Assembly (NCBI GenBank): GCA_964495385.1
Contig: CAZBVO010000005.1
Location: 252-64,251 of the forward strand
DNA: 64,000 nucleotides
Direction of reading: 5' to 3'
From: an uncultured Faecalibacterium sp.
Lineage (GTDB): Bacteria; Bacillota; Clostridia; Christensenellales; CAG-917
Shown: positions 43,720 to 52,648 of the stretch, one piece after another
How the letters are laid out: each line of letters starts with the position of its first letter
Numbering within the stretch: position 1 is the first letter of the stretch
Program-made: the position numbers and the translations under genes
The notes under the pieces: model-generated
Told to the model about the DNA's origin: nothing
The model's database searches: none
What the model saw: the letters and a program-made list of their open reading frames with translations, nothing else

Positions 43720-44868
43720 ATGAACAAAAAAACGGTTAAATATATTTTGCTGGCCGCCGCAGCTTTGGCGGTTGCGATAAATTTTGCAGGGGCGGTAAAC
43801 GTCTTAAAAACGGTGCTCGGGGCGTTCAAAACAGTGCTTATCGGCATATTTTTTGCCCTTGCGCTTCGCGGAGCGGTTGACTTTTTCCAAAAAAAGATTT
43901 TCGGAAAATGCAAATTTTCAGGCACTTTGTCCATAGTTACGGTGTATGTGCTGTTTGTTGCGGTCGTTGCGGGCATAGTATATATTTTGGTTCCGCCGCT
44001 TGTCGAAAGCGTAAAATCGATTGCTCAAAATTTGCCCGATTACGTCGACGGTCTAAAGACGAAAGTTTTTGATTTGATGGCAAAATACAACGTTTCGGAG
44101 GACAAGGCCAACTCAGTCATCGACGGTATCGTCGAAAAGGGTGAAGGCATTTTGTCGGGCCTTGCGGACAACATCGGATCGGTTGCCGAAGGCATTATCG
44201 GCTTTGTTTCCGACGTGGTCGATTTGTTTTTCAGCCTTATCATATCCGTGTACATTTTGATGGAGCGCAAAATGTTGTGTTGCACTTTAAAGCGTTTTAT
44301 CCGCTCGATTTTGCCAGTTAAATTGTCTGATTGGTTGCTTAAATTGGCAACGGTTTTCGGGAAAGTGTTTGGAAGATTTATGGTAGGGCAAGTGCTGGAA
44401 GCTTTTTTGCTGGGCATAATGTGCTTTTTGGGAATGCTTGCTTTCGGTTTGCCGTACGCACCTGTTGTGTCGGTGATTATCGGATTCAGTACGCTTATAC
44501 CTATCCTCGGGGCATACGTCGGCACGGCGTTCGGATTTTTGTTGATACTTACCGAAGACGTCAAAAAAGCAGTGATTTTTGTTGCGTTCGAGATAGTATT
44601 GCAACAAATCGAAGGCAACGTAACTTATCCTAAAGTTGTCGGAAAAACCTTGGAGCTGTCGGGTTTTTGGACAATTGCATCCGTGTTGACGGGAGGAGCG
44701 CTGTTCGGGTTTTGGGGTGTTATGCTGGCGGCGCCTACCATGGCGGTTATTTACAAAATGACCGAGTATGCGGTCAACAGGCATCCCGAGCCGGAGGCTT
44801 TGATGCCAAAATTAGACGAACCGACACAAAAAACAGGCAACGACTGCACCGATGAGACTGCTAAATAG
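43720..44868 (+). CDS. AI-2E family transporter (PerM/UPF0118)
   Basis: 382 aa with about 8 TM segments. The C-terminal region QQIEGNVTYPKVVGKTLELSGFWTIASVLTGGALFGFWGVMLAAP is typical of the family. Confidence 0.85.
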   Translation: MNKKTVKYILLAAAALAVAINFAGAVNVLKTVLGAFKTVLIGIFFALALRGAVDFFQKKIFGKCKFSGTLSIVTVYVLFVAVVAGIVYILVPPLVESVKSIAQNLPDYVDGLKTKVFDLMAKYNVSEDKANSVIDGIVEKGEGILSGLADNIGSVAEGIIGFVSDVVDLFFSLIISVYILMERKMLCCTLKRFIRSILPVKLSDWLLKLATVFGKVFGRFMVGQVLEAFLLGIMCFLGMLAFGLPYAPVVSVIIGFSTLIPILGAYVGTAFGFLLILTEDVKKAVIFVAFEIVLQQIEGNVTYPKVVGKTLELSGFWTIASVLTGGALFGFWGVMLAAPTMAVIYKMTEYAVNRHPEPEALMPKLDEPTQKTGNDCTDETAK

Positions 44869-45315
44869 GCTGATGGAAACGGCTCCGCGCATTTTTTTTA
44901 TTTTGGTTCCCGAAAAATAGACGGCGGCAACGTAAAACACCGTTTCCGAACTGCCCATGATGACGGCGGCACATTTTGCTTCGTAGCTGTTTGCGCCGAA
45001 AGTTTTCAAAATATCCTCGAAACAGGCCAGAGTGCCGCTTCCCGAAAACGGCCGCAGCAGAAGCAGTTCGGCCAATTTCGGAGGTATTCCCACGGCCAAA
45101 AGCGGCTTTTCAAGCAGTTTTGTCATATAATCCGACAGGCCGCTTTCCTTAAAAAGTGCAATCATTATAAGCACTCCCGAAACAAAGGGAAATATGGTGT
45201 ACGCAAGGCTCAGAGCCTTTTTGCCGCCTTCGATGAAGCAGTCGTAAACGTTCACTTTTTTTGCGGCTGAGTACAACAAAATCAACGCAACCAGAACGGG
45301 AAGAACGTAGCTCAT
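44812..45315 (-). CDS. spmB: spore maturation protein B (nucleoside-recognition/Gate domain)
   Basis: SpmB-like sequence (MSYVLPVLVALILLY...). I prefer the ATG at 45315, which forms an ATGA overlap with the spmA stop, over the TTG at 45324. Confidence 0.85.
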   Translation of the reverse strand: MSYVLPVLVALILLYSAAKKVNVYDCFIEGGKKALSLAYTIFPFVSGVLIMIALFKESGLSDYMTKLLEKPLLAVGIPPKLAELLLLRPFSGSGTLACFEDILKTFGANSYEAKCAAVIMGSSETVFYVAAVYFSGTKIKKMRGAVSISLFSSLIGAVVACFLCRFV

Positions 45316-45863
45316 TTTTTGCAAAAAGTTTTGACGAGAATCACACCGCTTGCCGTCGAAACGGCTGTTGCGATAATCGAAGGAAGCATAATTGCCGACG
45401 GATTGGTGCTGCCGTGTTGGGCCATAAGCGACATCACGGTTGCCGGGATAAGTTGAATGCTGGTGGCGTTTATCACAACCAGCATAATCATATTTTTGGT
45501 GGCCACCGTGCCTCCGCTGTCCATTGATTGTATTGCCTTTATCCCTGCAGGAGTTGCCGCCCCTCCGAGGCCGAGGACGTTTGAGGTAAGGTTTAAGGTT
45601 ATGTGTTTTTTGGCTTCGTCGGATTCGCCTTTAAAAAGGCGATTTGTCAGCGGATGCAAAACTCGCATTGTTTTTTGGCATAGTCCCGACCGCTCCATAG
45701 CTTCCAAAACGCTTAGCCAAACTGCATAAACGGCAAGCAGTTTTAACGTCAACTCGACGGCGTCCGCCGCTCCGTCCGTCATAACTTTTACATAATTTTC
45801 GGGATTTACTACCGCAAGCATGGCCGTCGCCGCCAAAATTGTTATCAAAAAAATGCCGTTCAT
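45312..45863 (-). CDS. spmA: spore maturation protein A (nucleoside-recognition/Gate domain)
   Basis: SpmA-like sequence (MNGIFLITILAATAMLAV...GGAATPAGIKAIQ). GAGGTGA RBS. It is paired with spmB. Confidence 0.85.
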   Translation of the reverse strand: MNGIFLITILAATAMLAVVNPENYVKVMTDGAADAVELTLKLLAVYAVWLSVLEAMERSGLCQKTMRVLHPLTNRLFKGESDEAKKHITLNLTSNVLGLGGAATPAGIKAIQSMDSGGTVATKNMIMLVVINATSIQLIPATVMSLMAQHGSTNPSAIMLPSIIATAVSTASGVILVKTFCKK

Positions 45864-45979
45864 CCGTTCACCTCGGCTTATTTTACTCGGTGATTTTCAA
45901 AAACAGAACTTTTTTTGTTTACATTTTGCGCGAAGTAGTGTAAACTACTTATGATTTTAAGTATATTAAGGAGGTTTTT

Positions 45980-47920
45980 ATGACGAAACCTGCATATTAC
46001 ATTACAACGGCCATCACCTACACGTCCGGGAAGCCGCATATCGGAAACACTTACGAAATTATTCTCACCGACAGCCTCGCTCGCTTCAAAAGGAAGCAGG
46101 GCTATGACGTGTTTTTCCAAACCGGAACCGACGAACACGGCGAGAAAATCGAATTGAAATCCGCCGCTGCCGGCAAAACTCCAAAGGAGTTTGTCGACGG
46201 TGTTGCCGACCAAATTAAGGACATTTGGGATTTGATGAACGTTTCGTACGACAAATTTGTTCGTACCACCGACGAGTATCACGAAAAACAAGTTCAAAAA
46301 ATCTTCAAACACATGTATGACAAGGGCGATATTTACAAGGGCAGCTACAAGGGGCTTTATTGCACTCCTTGCGAATCGTTCTGGACGGAAAACCAGCTTG
46401 TAAACGGCAAATGCCCTGATTGCGGCAGAGAGGTTAAGCCTGCCGAAGAAGAAGCATATTTCTTCAAAATGAGCAAATATGCCGACCGCTTGCAGAAGTT
46501 TTTTGACGACAATCCGACCTTTATTTCGCCGGTAAGCCGCAAAAACGAAATGGTAAACAACTTCTTAAAGCCGGGGCTTCAGGACTTGTGCGTTTCGCGC
46601 ACCTCTTTCACCTGGGGTATTCCTGTCGATTTCGATCCGAAACACGTTGTGTACGTTTGGCTTGACGCACTTGCAAACTACATAACCGGCATCGGCTACG
46701 ACGTTGACGGCGAGCATAACGAACTGTTTAAAAAATATTGGCCTGCCGACGTACACGTTATCGGCAAGGATATCGTAAGGTTCCACACCCTTTATTGGCC
46801 TATTTTCCTTATGAGTTTGGACTTGCCGTTGCCTAAACGTGTGTTCGGGCATCCGTGGCTGTTGCAGGACGGCGGCAAAATGAGCAAATCCAAAGGCAAC
46901 GTCATCTATGCCGACGACTTGGCAAAAATTTTCGGAGTTGACGGAGTCAGGTACTACGTTCTGTCCGAAATGCCTTTCGACAACGACGGCGTAATAGGAT
47001 GGGAATTGGTTACCGAAAAACTCAATTCCGAACTTGCAAACGTGTTCGGAAACCTCGTAAACCGCACCGTTGCGATGAGCAACAAATATTTCGGCGGCAC
47101 GGTTGAGGACAAGGGCGTTGTCGATGTTATGGACGACGACCTCAAAAACGTGGTTTGCTCGGCATACGGCAAAGTGGCCGAAAAGATGGACGAATTCAAA
47201 ACGGCGGACGCATTGGACGAAGTGTTCAAAATTTTCCGTCGTGCCAACAAATACATTGACGAAACTTCTCCGTGGGCCTTGGCAAAGGATCCGGACAAGT
47301 CCGACAGACTCAAAACCGTTTTGTACAACCTTACCGAAAGCATCGTGATAGGCGCAAGTTTGCTGTGGCCGTTTATGCCGGAAAAGGCCGAACAGGCAGT
47401 AAAGCAGGTGGGCGCAGAGCTTCGCGATTATTGTAGCTTAAACACCTTTGGGCTTTATCCTAACGGCGGCAAGGTCACTTCAACCCCTGAAATTTTGTTC
47501 GGAAGGCTTGACGTCAAGGAAGTTTTGGCCGAAGCCGAAATCCTTTTGCAGGCACAAAAGCCGAAAGAGGAATACGTCGAAGTGCCTGCCGCAGAAGAAA
47601 TCACCATTGACGATTTCTCGCGCGTGCAACTTTCAGTCGGAAAGGTTTTGACTGCCGAAAAAGTCGAAAAGGCAGATAAACTGCTTAAAATGACCGTTAA
47701 AGTGGGCCAAAAGGACAGAACGATAGTTTCGGGCATCGCACAATGGTACAAGCCTGAGGATATGGTCGGCAAAGAAGTGGTTGTTGTTTCAAACCTTAAA
47801 CCGGCAAAACTTCGGGGCATTGTAAGCGAAGGCATGATTTTGTGTGCCGACGACGGCAAGGGCAATCTTTGCGTGGTCAGCCCCGAAAAGGCTATGCTGC
47901 CGGGCAGCGAGGTCAGATAA
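45980..47920 (+). CDS. metG: methionine--tRNA ligase with C-terminal tRNA-binding (EMAP/Trbp111) domain
   Basis: HIGH-type motif (KPHIGNTYE), KMSKS, zinc knuckles CTPC...CPDCG, and a C-terminal OB-fold region (LSVGKVLTAEKVEKADKLLKMTV). AAGGAGG RBS. Confidence 0.95.
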   Translation: MTKPAYYITTAITYTSGKPHIGNTYEIILTDSLARFKRKQGYDVFFQTGTDEHGEKIELKSAAAGKTPKEFVDGVADQIKDIWDLMNVSYDKFVRTTDEYHEKQVQKIFKHMYDKGDIYKGSYKGLYCTPCESFWTENQLVNGKCPDCGREVKPAEEEAYFFKMSKYADRLQKFFDDNPTFISPVSRKNEMVNNFLKPGLQDLCVSRTSFTWGIPVDFDPKHVVYVWLDALANYITGIGYDVDGEHNELFKKYWPADVHVIGKDIVRFHTLYWPIFLMSLDLPLPKRVFGHPWLLQDGGKMSKSKGNVIYADDLAKIFGVDGVRYYVLSEMPFDNDGVIGWELVTEKLNSELANVFGNLVNRTVAMSNKYFGGTVEDKGVVDVMDDDLKNVVCSAYGKVAEKMDEFKTADALDEVFKIFRRANKYIDETSPWALAKDPDKSDRLKTVLYNLTESIVIGASLLWPFMPEKAEQAVKQVGAELRDYCSLNTFGLYPNGGKVTSTPEILFGRLDVKEVLAEAEILLQAQKPKEEYVEVPAAEEITIDDFSRVQLSVGKVLTAEKVEKADKLLKMTVKVGQKDRTIVSGIAQWYKPEDMVGKEVVVVSNLKPAKLRGIVSEGMILCADDGKGNLCVVSPEKAMLPGSEVR

Positions 47921-48699
47921 TGCTTGTCGATACGCATTGTCACATAAACGACGAAAGGCTTTTGCCGAATGCCGAGGCCATCATCGAAAGTTTGCCTGCG
48001 GACGGCATCGGACGCGCCGTTGTCGTGGGGAGTGACAGATTAAGCTCGGAAACGGCGGTGAAGCTTGCCGACGGGTACGACAGCGTGTATGCGCTTATAG
48101 GCGTGCATCCGCACGAGGCAAAAGAGGCGTGCGAAAGCGATTTTTTGTGGATTGAAAAAACCGCACTGGAAAATCAAAAGGTTGTCGGCATCGGCGAGAT
48201 AGGCCTCGACTATTATTACGATTTGTCGCCGAGGTCCGTTCAAGCCAAAGTGTTTGTAAAGCAATTGGAGCTGGCAAATGCGCTGAAGCTTCCGATATCG
48301 ATACATCTCAGGGATGCTTACGGCGATATGATGAAGCTGCTGAAAGACAATCGGGACAAACTCGAATACGGGGTTTTGCTGCATTGCTACAGCGGCAGTC
48401 CGGAGTATGCGAAAGAACTTTTGCGCCTTGCCGACGTTTATTTTGCTTTCGGCGGAACGCTTACCTTTAAAAACAACGTCAATGCGGTGGAAACGGTAAA
48501 AATTTTGCCGACGGACAAAATTTTGCTTGAAACCGACAGCCCTTATTTGGCGCCCGTGCCAATGAGAGGAAAAACAAATCTGCCAAACTACGTCAAGTTC
48601 GTTGCCGCAAGGCTTACCGAAATTTTGGGCATAACGGCGGAAGAAACGGAAAAAATAACTACGGAAAACGCCTACAGGCTGTTTTCCAGATTGAAATAA
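47920..48699 (+). CDS. tatD: TatD-family metal-dependent hydrolase/DNase (YabD-like)
   Basis: MLVDTHCHIND start motif, with its ATG overlapping the metG stop (TAATG). The track start at 47842 lies inside metG and is rejected. Confidence 0.9.
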   Translation: MLVDTHCHINDERLLPNAEAIIESLPADGIGRAVVVGSDRLSSETAVKLADGYDSVYALIGVHPHEAKEACESDFLWIEKTALENQKVVGIGEIGLDYYYDLSPRSVQAKVFVKQLELANALKLPISIHLRDAYGDMMKLLKDNRDKLEYGVLLHCYSGSPEYAKELLRLADVYFAFGGTLTFKNNVNAVETVKILPTDKILLETDSPYLAPVPMRGKTNLPNYVKFVAARLTEILGITAEETEKITTENAYRLFSRLK

Positions 48700-49292
48700 T
48701 GAGCAACAACACAATCGTTTACGAATTTAACGGAGCAACCTATATTAACCTTACCAACGAGTGCAGCAACAACTGCACTTTTTGTCTTAGACGAAATCAC
48801 GACGGAATCGAGGACTACTACTTGTGGCTCGCCAAAAAACCGACCGCCAAAGAGGTCATTGCCGAACTTGAAAAAAGAAAGGTGGAAAAGGTTGTTTTTT
48901 GCGGTTTCGGCGAACCACTGTGCGCTTTTGACGTTATGGTGGAGGTTGCAAAATACCTGAAAGGGCGTGGCGCAAACGTCAGAATAAACACCAACGGGCA
49001 GGCTCGGCTTATCGTCGGCGAAGACGCCGCCGAAAGGCTTAAAGGCCTTGTTGACTCGGTCAGCATCAGCCTTAATGCGTCGACGGCAAAAAAATATAAC
49101 GAAATTTGCGTTTGCAGATTCGGAGAAGAGGGCTATTTTGCGCTTTTGGATTTTGCAAGACAGCTTAAAAAACAGGGCATCAGAGTCATTTTCAGCGTGG
49201 TAGACACCATCGGCGCCGAAGAAATCGAGGCTTGCCGCAAGGTTGCCGACAGCGTCGGTGCGGAATACAGAGTAAGGAAATACATCGAATGA
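48699..49292 (+). CDS. TatD-associated radical SAM protein
   Basis: CSNNCTFC is a Cx3Cx2C radical-SAM cluster motif near the N-terminus. The gene is coupled (TAATG) to tatD, matching the recalled TatD-associated radical SAM family context. Confidence 0.8.
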   Translation: MSNNTIVYEFNGATYINLTNECSNNCTFCLRRNHDGIEDYYLWLAKKPTAKEVIAELEKRKVEKVVFCGFGEPLCAFDVMVEVAKYLKGRGANVRINTNGQARLIVGEDAAERLKGLVDSVSISLNASTAKKYNEICVCRFGEEGYFALLDFARQLKKQGIRVIFSVVDTIGAEEIEACRKVADSVGAEYRVRKYIE

Positions 49293-50128
49293 GAGAACTC
49301 AAAGAAATTCTTAAGGAAAAGGGCTTTCGCTTCAATCACAACCTCGGCCAGAACTTTTTGACCGACGGCAATCTTTTGCGCGCCATAGTTGCCGACAGCG
49401 GCCTCGAAGAGGGCGAAACCGTTGTCGAAATAGGTACGGGCGCAGGTACGCTTACTCGCGCATTGGCCGAAAAAGCAAAAAGAGTAGTAAGTTTCGAGGT
49501 CGACAAAAATCTCGAACCCGTATTGGCCGAAACGCTTGCCGGGCTGGACAACGTCGAAGTGGTTTTTAAGGACGTTTTGAAAATGTCCGACAGCGAAATA
49601 GCGGATATAGTCGGCGGAGAATTCAGGGTGGTTGCAAACATTCCGTACTACATCACGACGGGGCTTATCATGCGTTTTATCGAAAGCGGTTTGCCCGTAA
49701 AAAGCATCACGGTGATGATTCAAAAAGAGGTGGCCGAAAGGCTTGTCGCTCGCGAAAACACCGGCGAATACGGGGCAATAACCATGAGTGTTCGTTTCAG
49801 GGGAGATGCTTCGATAACGCGCAACGTATCGAGAAATATGTTTTATCCTGCACCTAACGTCGACAGTGCAGTGGTGCGCATCGACGTCAATCCCGACAAG
49901 TTCTCGGGCGAAGACAAAACGCTTGTATTAAGGCTTATAAAGGCGGCTTTCGGAATGCGTCGCAAAACATTCAACAACAATTTGTGCGCATCGTTCGGAC
50001 TGTCAAAATCGGTTGCCGCACAGGTGATAGAAGAGGCAGGATTTTTGCCGCAAATCAGGGGCGAAGCATTCAGCATAGAAGACATTGTAAAAATTTCAAA
50101 AATTCTAAAAAACCACTTAAACAACTGA
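49289..50128 (+). CDS. rsmA: 16S rRNA (adenine1518/1519-N6)-dimethyltransferase
   Basis: HNLGQNFL and VVEIGTGAGTLT SAM-binding motifs. ATG at 49289 forms an ATGA overlap with the upstream stop. Confidence 0.93.
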   Translation: MRELKEILKEKGFRFNHNLGQNFLTDGNLLRAIVADSGLEEGETVVEIGTGAGTLTRALAEKAKRVVSFEVDKNLEPVLAETLAGLDNVEVVFKDVLKMSDSEIADIVGGEFRVVANIPYYITTGLIMRFIESGLPVKSITVMIQKEVAERLVARENTGEYGAITMSVRFRGDASITRNVSRNMFYPAPNVDSAVVRIDVNPDKFSGEDKTLVLRLIKAAFGMRRKTFNNNLCASFGLSKSVAAQVIEEAGFLPQIRGEAFSIEDIVKISKILKNHLNN

Positions 50129-50140
50129 ATTTTGCAACAT

Positions 50141-50170
50141 AAAAGCCGTTTTTTGAAAACGGCTTTTGTT
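50141..50170. terminator. bidirectional rho-independent terminator
   Basis: An 11-bp stem AAAGCCGTTTT (50142-50152) pairs with AAAACGGCTTT (50156-50166), between convergent rsmA and the 50169-50981 gene. Confidence 0.7.
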
Positions 50171-50981
50171 ATTTTATGACGGTTTTGCCTGTTGCGGCAT
50201 CTTGAAAAATCATCCAAAATCCGTCGCCGAACTTTTGCGAAAGGTCGGCAGGAATCCAGCTTACGATATCGGCTATTTCTGCCGGAGGCTTGACTTTGTA
50301 GGTGCCGCTTACGCCGTAGCAGACGTACCTGACTTCGTCTAAGTCGTAAACCAGCCCGACAACGTAAAAACTGTTTTTCGTGTTGACTCTGATCCACTTG
50401 CTGTTAGGGATAAGGTCGGCAGGTTCGTCGTCTGCGGGGTAGCACACAAACATTTCGTCAAGTTGCGGTTTTATGGATTGATAAAAATTTTGACCGTCAA
50501 ATGCTTCCGGTTCGGAAAAGGGGCGAACGTTTTCGTTTGACAAAACGCCGCAATCGGTTTTGTCGGAATTTGTTTCGGTCGGCTCGTCGGGCAGGGTGAT
50601 TTTTTGCTCGGCGTCGGAAGGTGCGGTTTCTTTCGGGAGGGGTGTGCCCGAGTCGGTTTTTTGCAAATGGCAGTATTCGTCCAACAGCGAAAAACAACTT
50701 ATTGCTCCGTGCCCCGAACTTCCGTAATAAAGCGGCTTGTTTTTGCTCACAACCAAACAAAGGGCATTGTCGGGATCGAAGTCCTCAAGCGGAATTATGT
50801 TTTTTCCGCCGACGACGCTGTAGTGGCAAAGGGTGTCGCATTTTAGGAGCAACGTTGCGTCGGTTGCTTCGTCGGGCAGTGTTACGTCGAGCATCGTCGA
50901 GCGTGTATTGCGAGTAAATTTTGCGGCAACGGGTGCGACGTTTGACGCTACCGAGCGCAAAATGATTATTTTTCTGTTCAT
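50169..50981 (-). CDS. hypothetical protein (two domains joined by an acidic P/T/E-rich linker)
   Basis: 270-aa ORF with a GGAGGA RBS. The C-terminal segment is YVCYGVSGTYKVKPP...WIPADL...GFWMIFQDAATGKTV. No family recognised. Confidence 0.55.
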   Translation of the reverse strand: MNRKIIILRSVASNVAPVAAKFTRNTRSTMLDVTLPDEATDATLLLKCDTLCHYSVVGGKNIIPLEDFDPDNALCLVVSKNKPLYYGSSGHGAISCFSLLDEYCHLQKTDSGTPLPKETAPSDAEQKITLPDEPTETNSDKTDCGVLSNENVRPFSEPEAFDGQNFYQSIKPQLDEMFVCYPADDEPADLIPNSKWIRVNTKNSFYVVGLVYDLDEVRYVCYGVSGTYKVKPPAEIADIVSWIPADLSQKFGDGFWMIFQDAATGKTVIK

Positions 50982-51020
50982 ATCGTCCTCCGCTTAAATT
51001 GTATGGCGCGGATCGGCAAA

Positions 51021-51050
51021 ATATGAAAAGCCGCCCGAATCGGACGGCTG
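51021..51050 (-). terminator. rho-independent terminator after ispDF
   Basis: An imperfect hairpin AGCCGCCCG-AAT-CGGACGGCT (51028-51048). On the minus strand it is followed by TTTTCATATTTT. Confidence 0.55.
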
Positions 51051-51055
51051 TTTGT

Positions 51056-52147
51056 TTAAATCGAGGTCAACAGCACCGAAGCCGTTGCGGCAATCGCGTT
51101 CCCGTCGCCGATGTCTCCGACCTTTTCGTTGGTGGTGGCGGAAATGCCTATTTGAAGAGGGTCGATATTCAACAATTCGGCCACTTTATCTTTCATTTCG
51201 TCGATGTAATCGGCGAGTTTCGGTTTTTCGGCAATTATCGATATTGTAGCGTTTACAACCCGAAAACCTGCTTTCCATACCTCGCCGAGAGCAATTTTAA
51301 GCAGGTCGCCGCTGTAAACTCCCTCGTATCGGGCATCGGTTGTAGGGAAGTAGTGTCCGATGTCCATAAGTCCTGCCGCAGTCAAAGCGGCATCTGCGAG
51401 TGCATGGAGAGGGGCATCTGCGTCGCTGTGTCCGTCAAGGCCCATCGAATAAGGGATTTCCATGCCGCAAAGCATCAATTTTCTGCCCGGAACCAGCCTG
51501 TGAACGTCGTATCCAACCCCCGAGCGGAAGCAAGGTATGTCGCCGGGATAGGTGATTTTTATGTTTTTGGCGTCCCCGTCCACAAGGGCGACGTTGCCGT
51601 GCTCGAGATAGAACAAAGAGGCATCGTCGGTGGCAATTCGGCCGTGCGAATAGGCAGTTTTAAGCTTTTCGGTCACAAAACCTTGCGGCGTTTGGACAGT
51701 GCGAACTATGCTTCTGTCGACGGGTTTTCCGTCTGCACGGACAAGGCTGTCGGACAAAGGAAGGCACGGAACGCCGCTGCCTTTTTCTTCAACCGAGCAC
51801 ATTACGTCGGTTATGAGTTGCCTCGTAACGTAAGGCCTCGCCCCGTCGTGAATCAAAACGTATTTTGAGTTGCACAGCGAAAGTGCGGCGTTTACGCTGT
51901 CGGTTCTGGTGTCGCCGCCCGCAACTGTTTTCAGTCGCACGTCGAAGCCGTCGAAAAGGGCGGCAAATTCGTCGAGCCGAGATTTGTCGACAACCAAAAA
52001 AATGTTTGCCACGTTTTCAAAACGGGTGAACGGCAGAACGGAGGACTGCAACACCGTCAGTCCCGACGGAAGCGTTGCGGTGAGTTTATCTTTTTTAAAG
52101 CGGTCGCTTTTGCCTGCGGCCGCAATTATGACGTCAAAGTTATTCAT
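51056..52147 (-). CDS. ispDF: bifunctional 2-C-methyl-D-erythritol 4-phosphate cytidylyltransferase / MEcPP synthase
   Basis: The N-terminal half is IspD-like (VIIAAAGKSDRF). The C-terminal half is IspF (GVGYDVHRL, GHSDADAPLHAL, ATTNEKVG). It is a single 363-aa ORF. Confidence 0.9.
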   Translation of the reverse strand: MNNFDVIIAAAGKSDRFKKDKLTATLPSGLTVLQSSVLPFTRFENVANIFLVVDKSRLDEFAALFDGFDVRLKTVAGGDTRTDSVNAALSLCNSKYVLIHDGARPYVTRQLITDVMCSVEEKGSGVPCLPLSDSLVRADGKPVDRSIVRTVQTPQGFVTEKLKTAYSHGRIATDDASLFYLEHGNVALVDGDAKNIKITYPGDIPCFRSGVGYDVHRLVPGRKLMLCGMEIPYSMGLDGHSDADAPLHALADAALTAAGLMDIGHYFPTTDARYEGVYSGDLLKIALGEVWKAGFRVVNATISIIAEKPKLADYIDEMKDKVAELLNIDPLQIGISATTNEKVGDIGDGNAIAATASVLLTSI

Positions 52148-52385
52148 TTATTATGCGGTACAAGCCGTCGGCTTCTTCTTTGCGAACGGTGTCCTTAACC
52201 TCCAATACTTCAAATTTCAAACATCCGCCGCCGAAGCCTACCTCGACAACGTCGCCGACCTTGACTTCTTTTGACGGTTTTACGCTTTTGCCGTTTATGG
52301 AAATACGCCCCGAGTCGCAGGCATCGGAAGCCACGCTGCGGCGTTTTATGACTCGTGAAACTTTAAGAAATTTGTCGATTCTCAC
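52140..52385 (-). CDS. S4-domain RNA-binding protein (YabO/Hsp15-like)
   Basis: 81 aa; MRIDKFLKVSRVIKRRSVASDACDSGRISINGK is an S4 domain pattern. GTG start with a GAGAGG RBS, and an 8-nt overlap with ispDF. Confidence 0.8.
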   Translation of the reverse strand: MRIDKFLKVSRVIKRRSVASDACDSGRISINGKSVKPSKEVKVGDVVEVGFGGGCLKFEVLEVKDTVRKEEADGLYRIINE

Positions 52386-52443
52386 CGTATTTTACCTCTC
52401 GGAAAAATTTTTTCGTAAAATGCAAAAAGCCACCCTCAATTGC

Positions 52444-52472
52444 TTGACTTTTCCATATTTTAGCACTAAAAT
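52444..52472 (+). promoter_or_regulatory. candidate sigma-A promoter of rpoBC (TTGACT-N17-TAAAAT)
   Basis: TTGACT at 52444-52449 and TAAAAT at 52467-52472, leaving a ~175-nt leader. The leader contains hairpins CCCTAT-GCGG-ATAGGG (52506-52521) and GACGAA-TTTT-TTCGTC (52541-52556). Confidence 0.55.
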
Positions 52473-52648
52473 AGATAAATGCCATTTAATATAATGCGTA
52501 GTGCGCCCTATGCGGATAGGGTAAGGGGACATTTGCGCCCGACGAATTTTTTCGTCTGAAGCCATTATACATTGAATTCGGGCAAATTACAACGAAATTT
52601 TAAGCATTTTTGTGCGTTAGATTTAATTTTTTTGAAGGAGCGTGAAAC

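Noticed and set aside
45864-45979. A T-box leader upstream of metG and a SAM-I riboswitch upstream of metK (60082-60141).
   Set aside because: The intergenic regions are only 116 nt and 60 nt, too short for either element, and they lack the T-box or S-box conserved cores. I only note an inverted repeat AAGTAGT-N4-ACTACTT (45932-45949) overlapping the metG -10 candidate. Its significance is unknown.
7876-49288. Upstream-extended start codons offered by the ORF track: glgP 7876, GH13 10347, the hypothetical gene at 1511, tatD 47842, rsmA 49232, spmB 45324 and the membrane protein at 21608.
   Set aside because: The extensions overlap the preceding gene or lack an RBS. Internal ATGs with an SD sequence or classic ATGA/TAATG coupling (7942, 10383, 1532, 47920, 49289, 45315, 21467) give N-termini matching the family pattern.
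4256-51868. Other antisense or overlapping track ORFs: 4256-5362, 5646-6389, 8365-9249, 9259-10353, 12270-12866, 15959-17266, 19076-19795, 41248-42003, 42352-42987, 48040-48714, 49133-49723, 50999-51868 and 62449-63483.
   Set aside because: Each lies opposite a gene with clear family motifs, and none has a recognisable domain or translation signals of its own.
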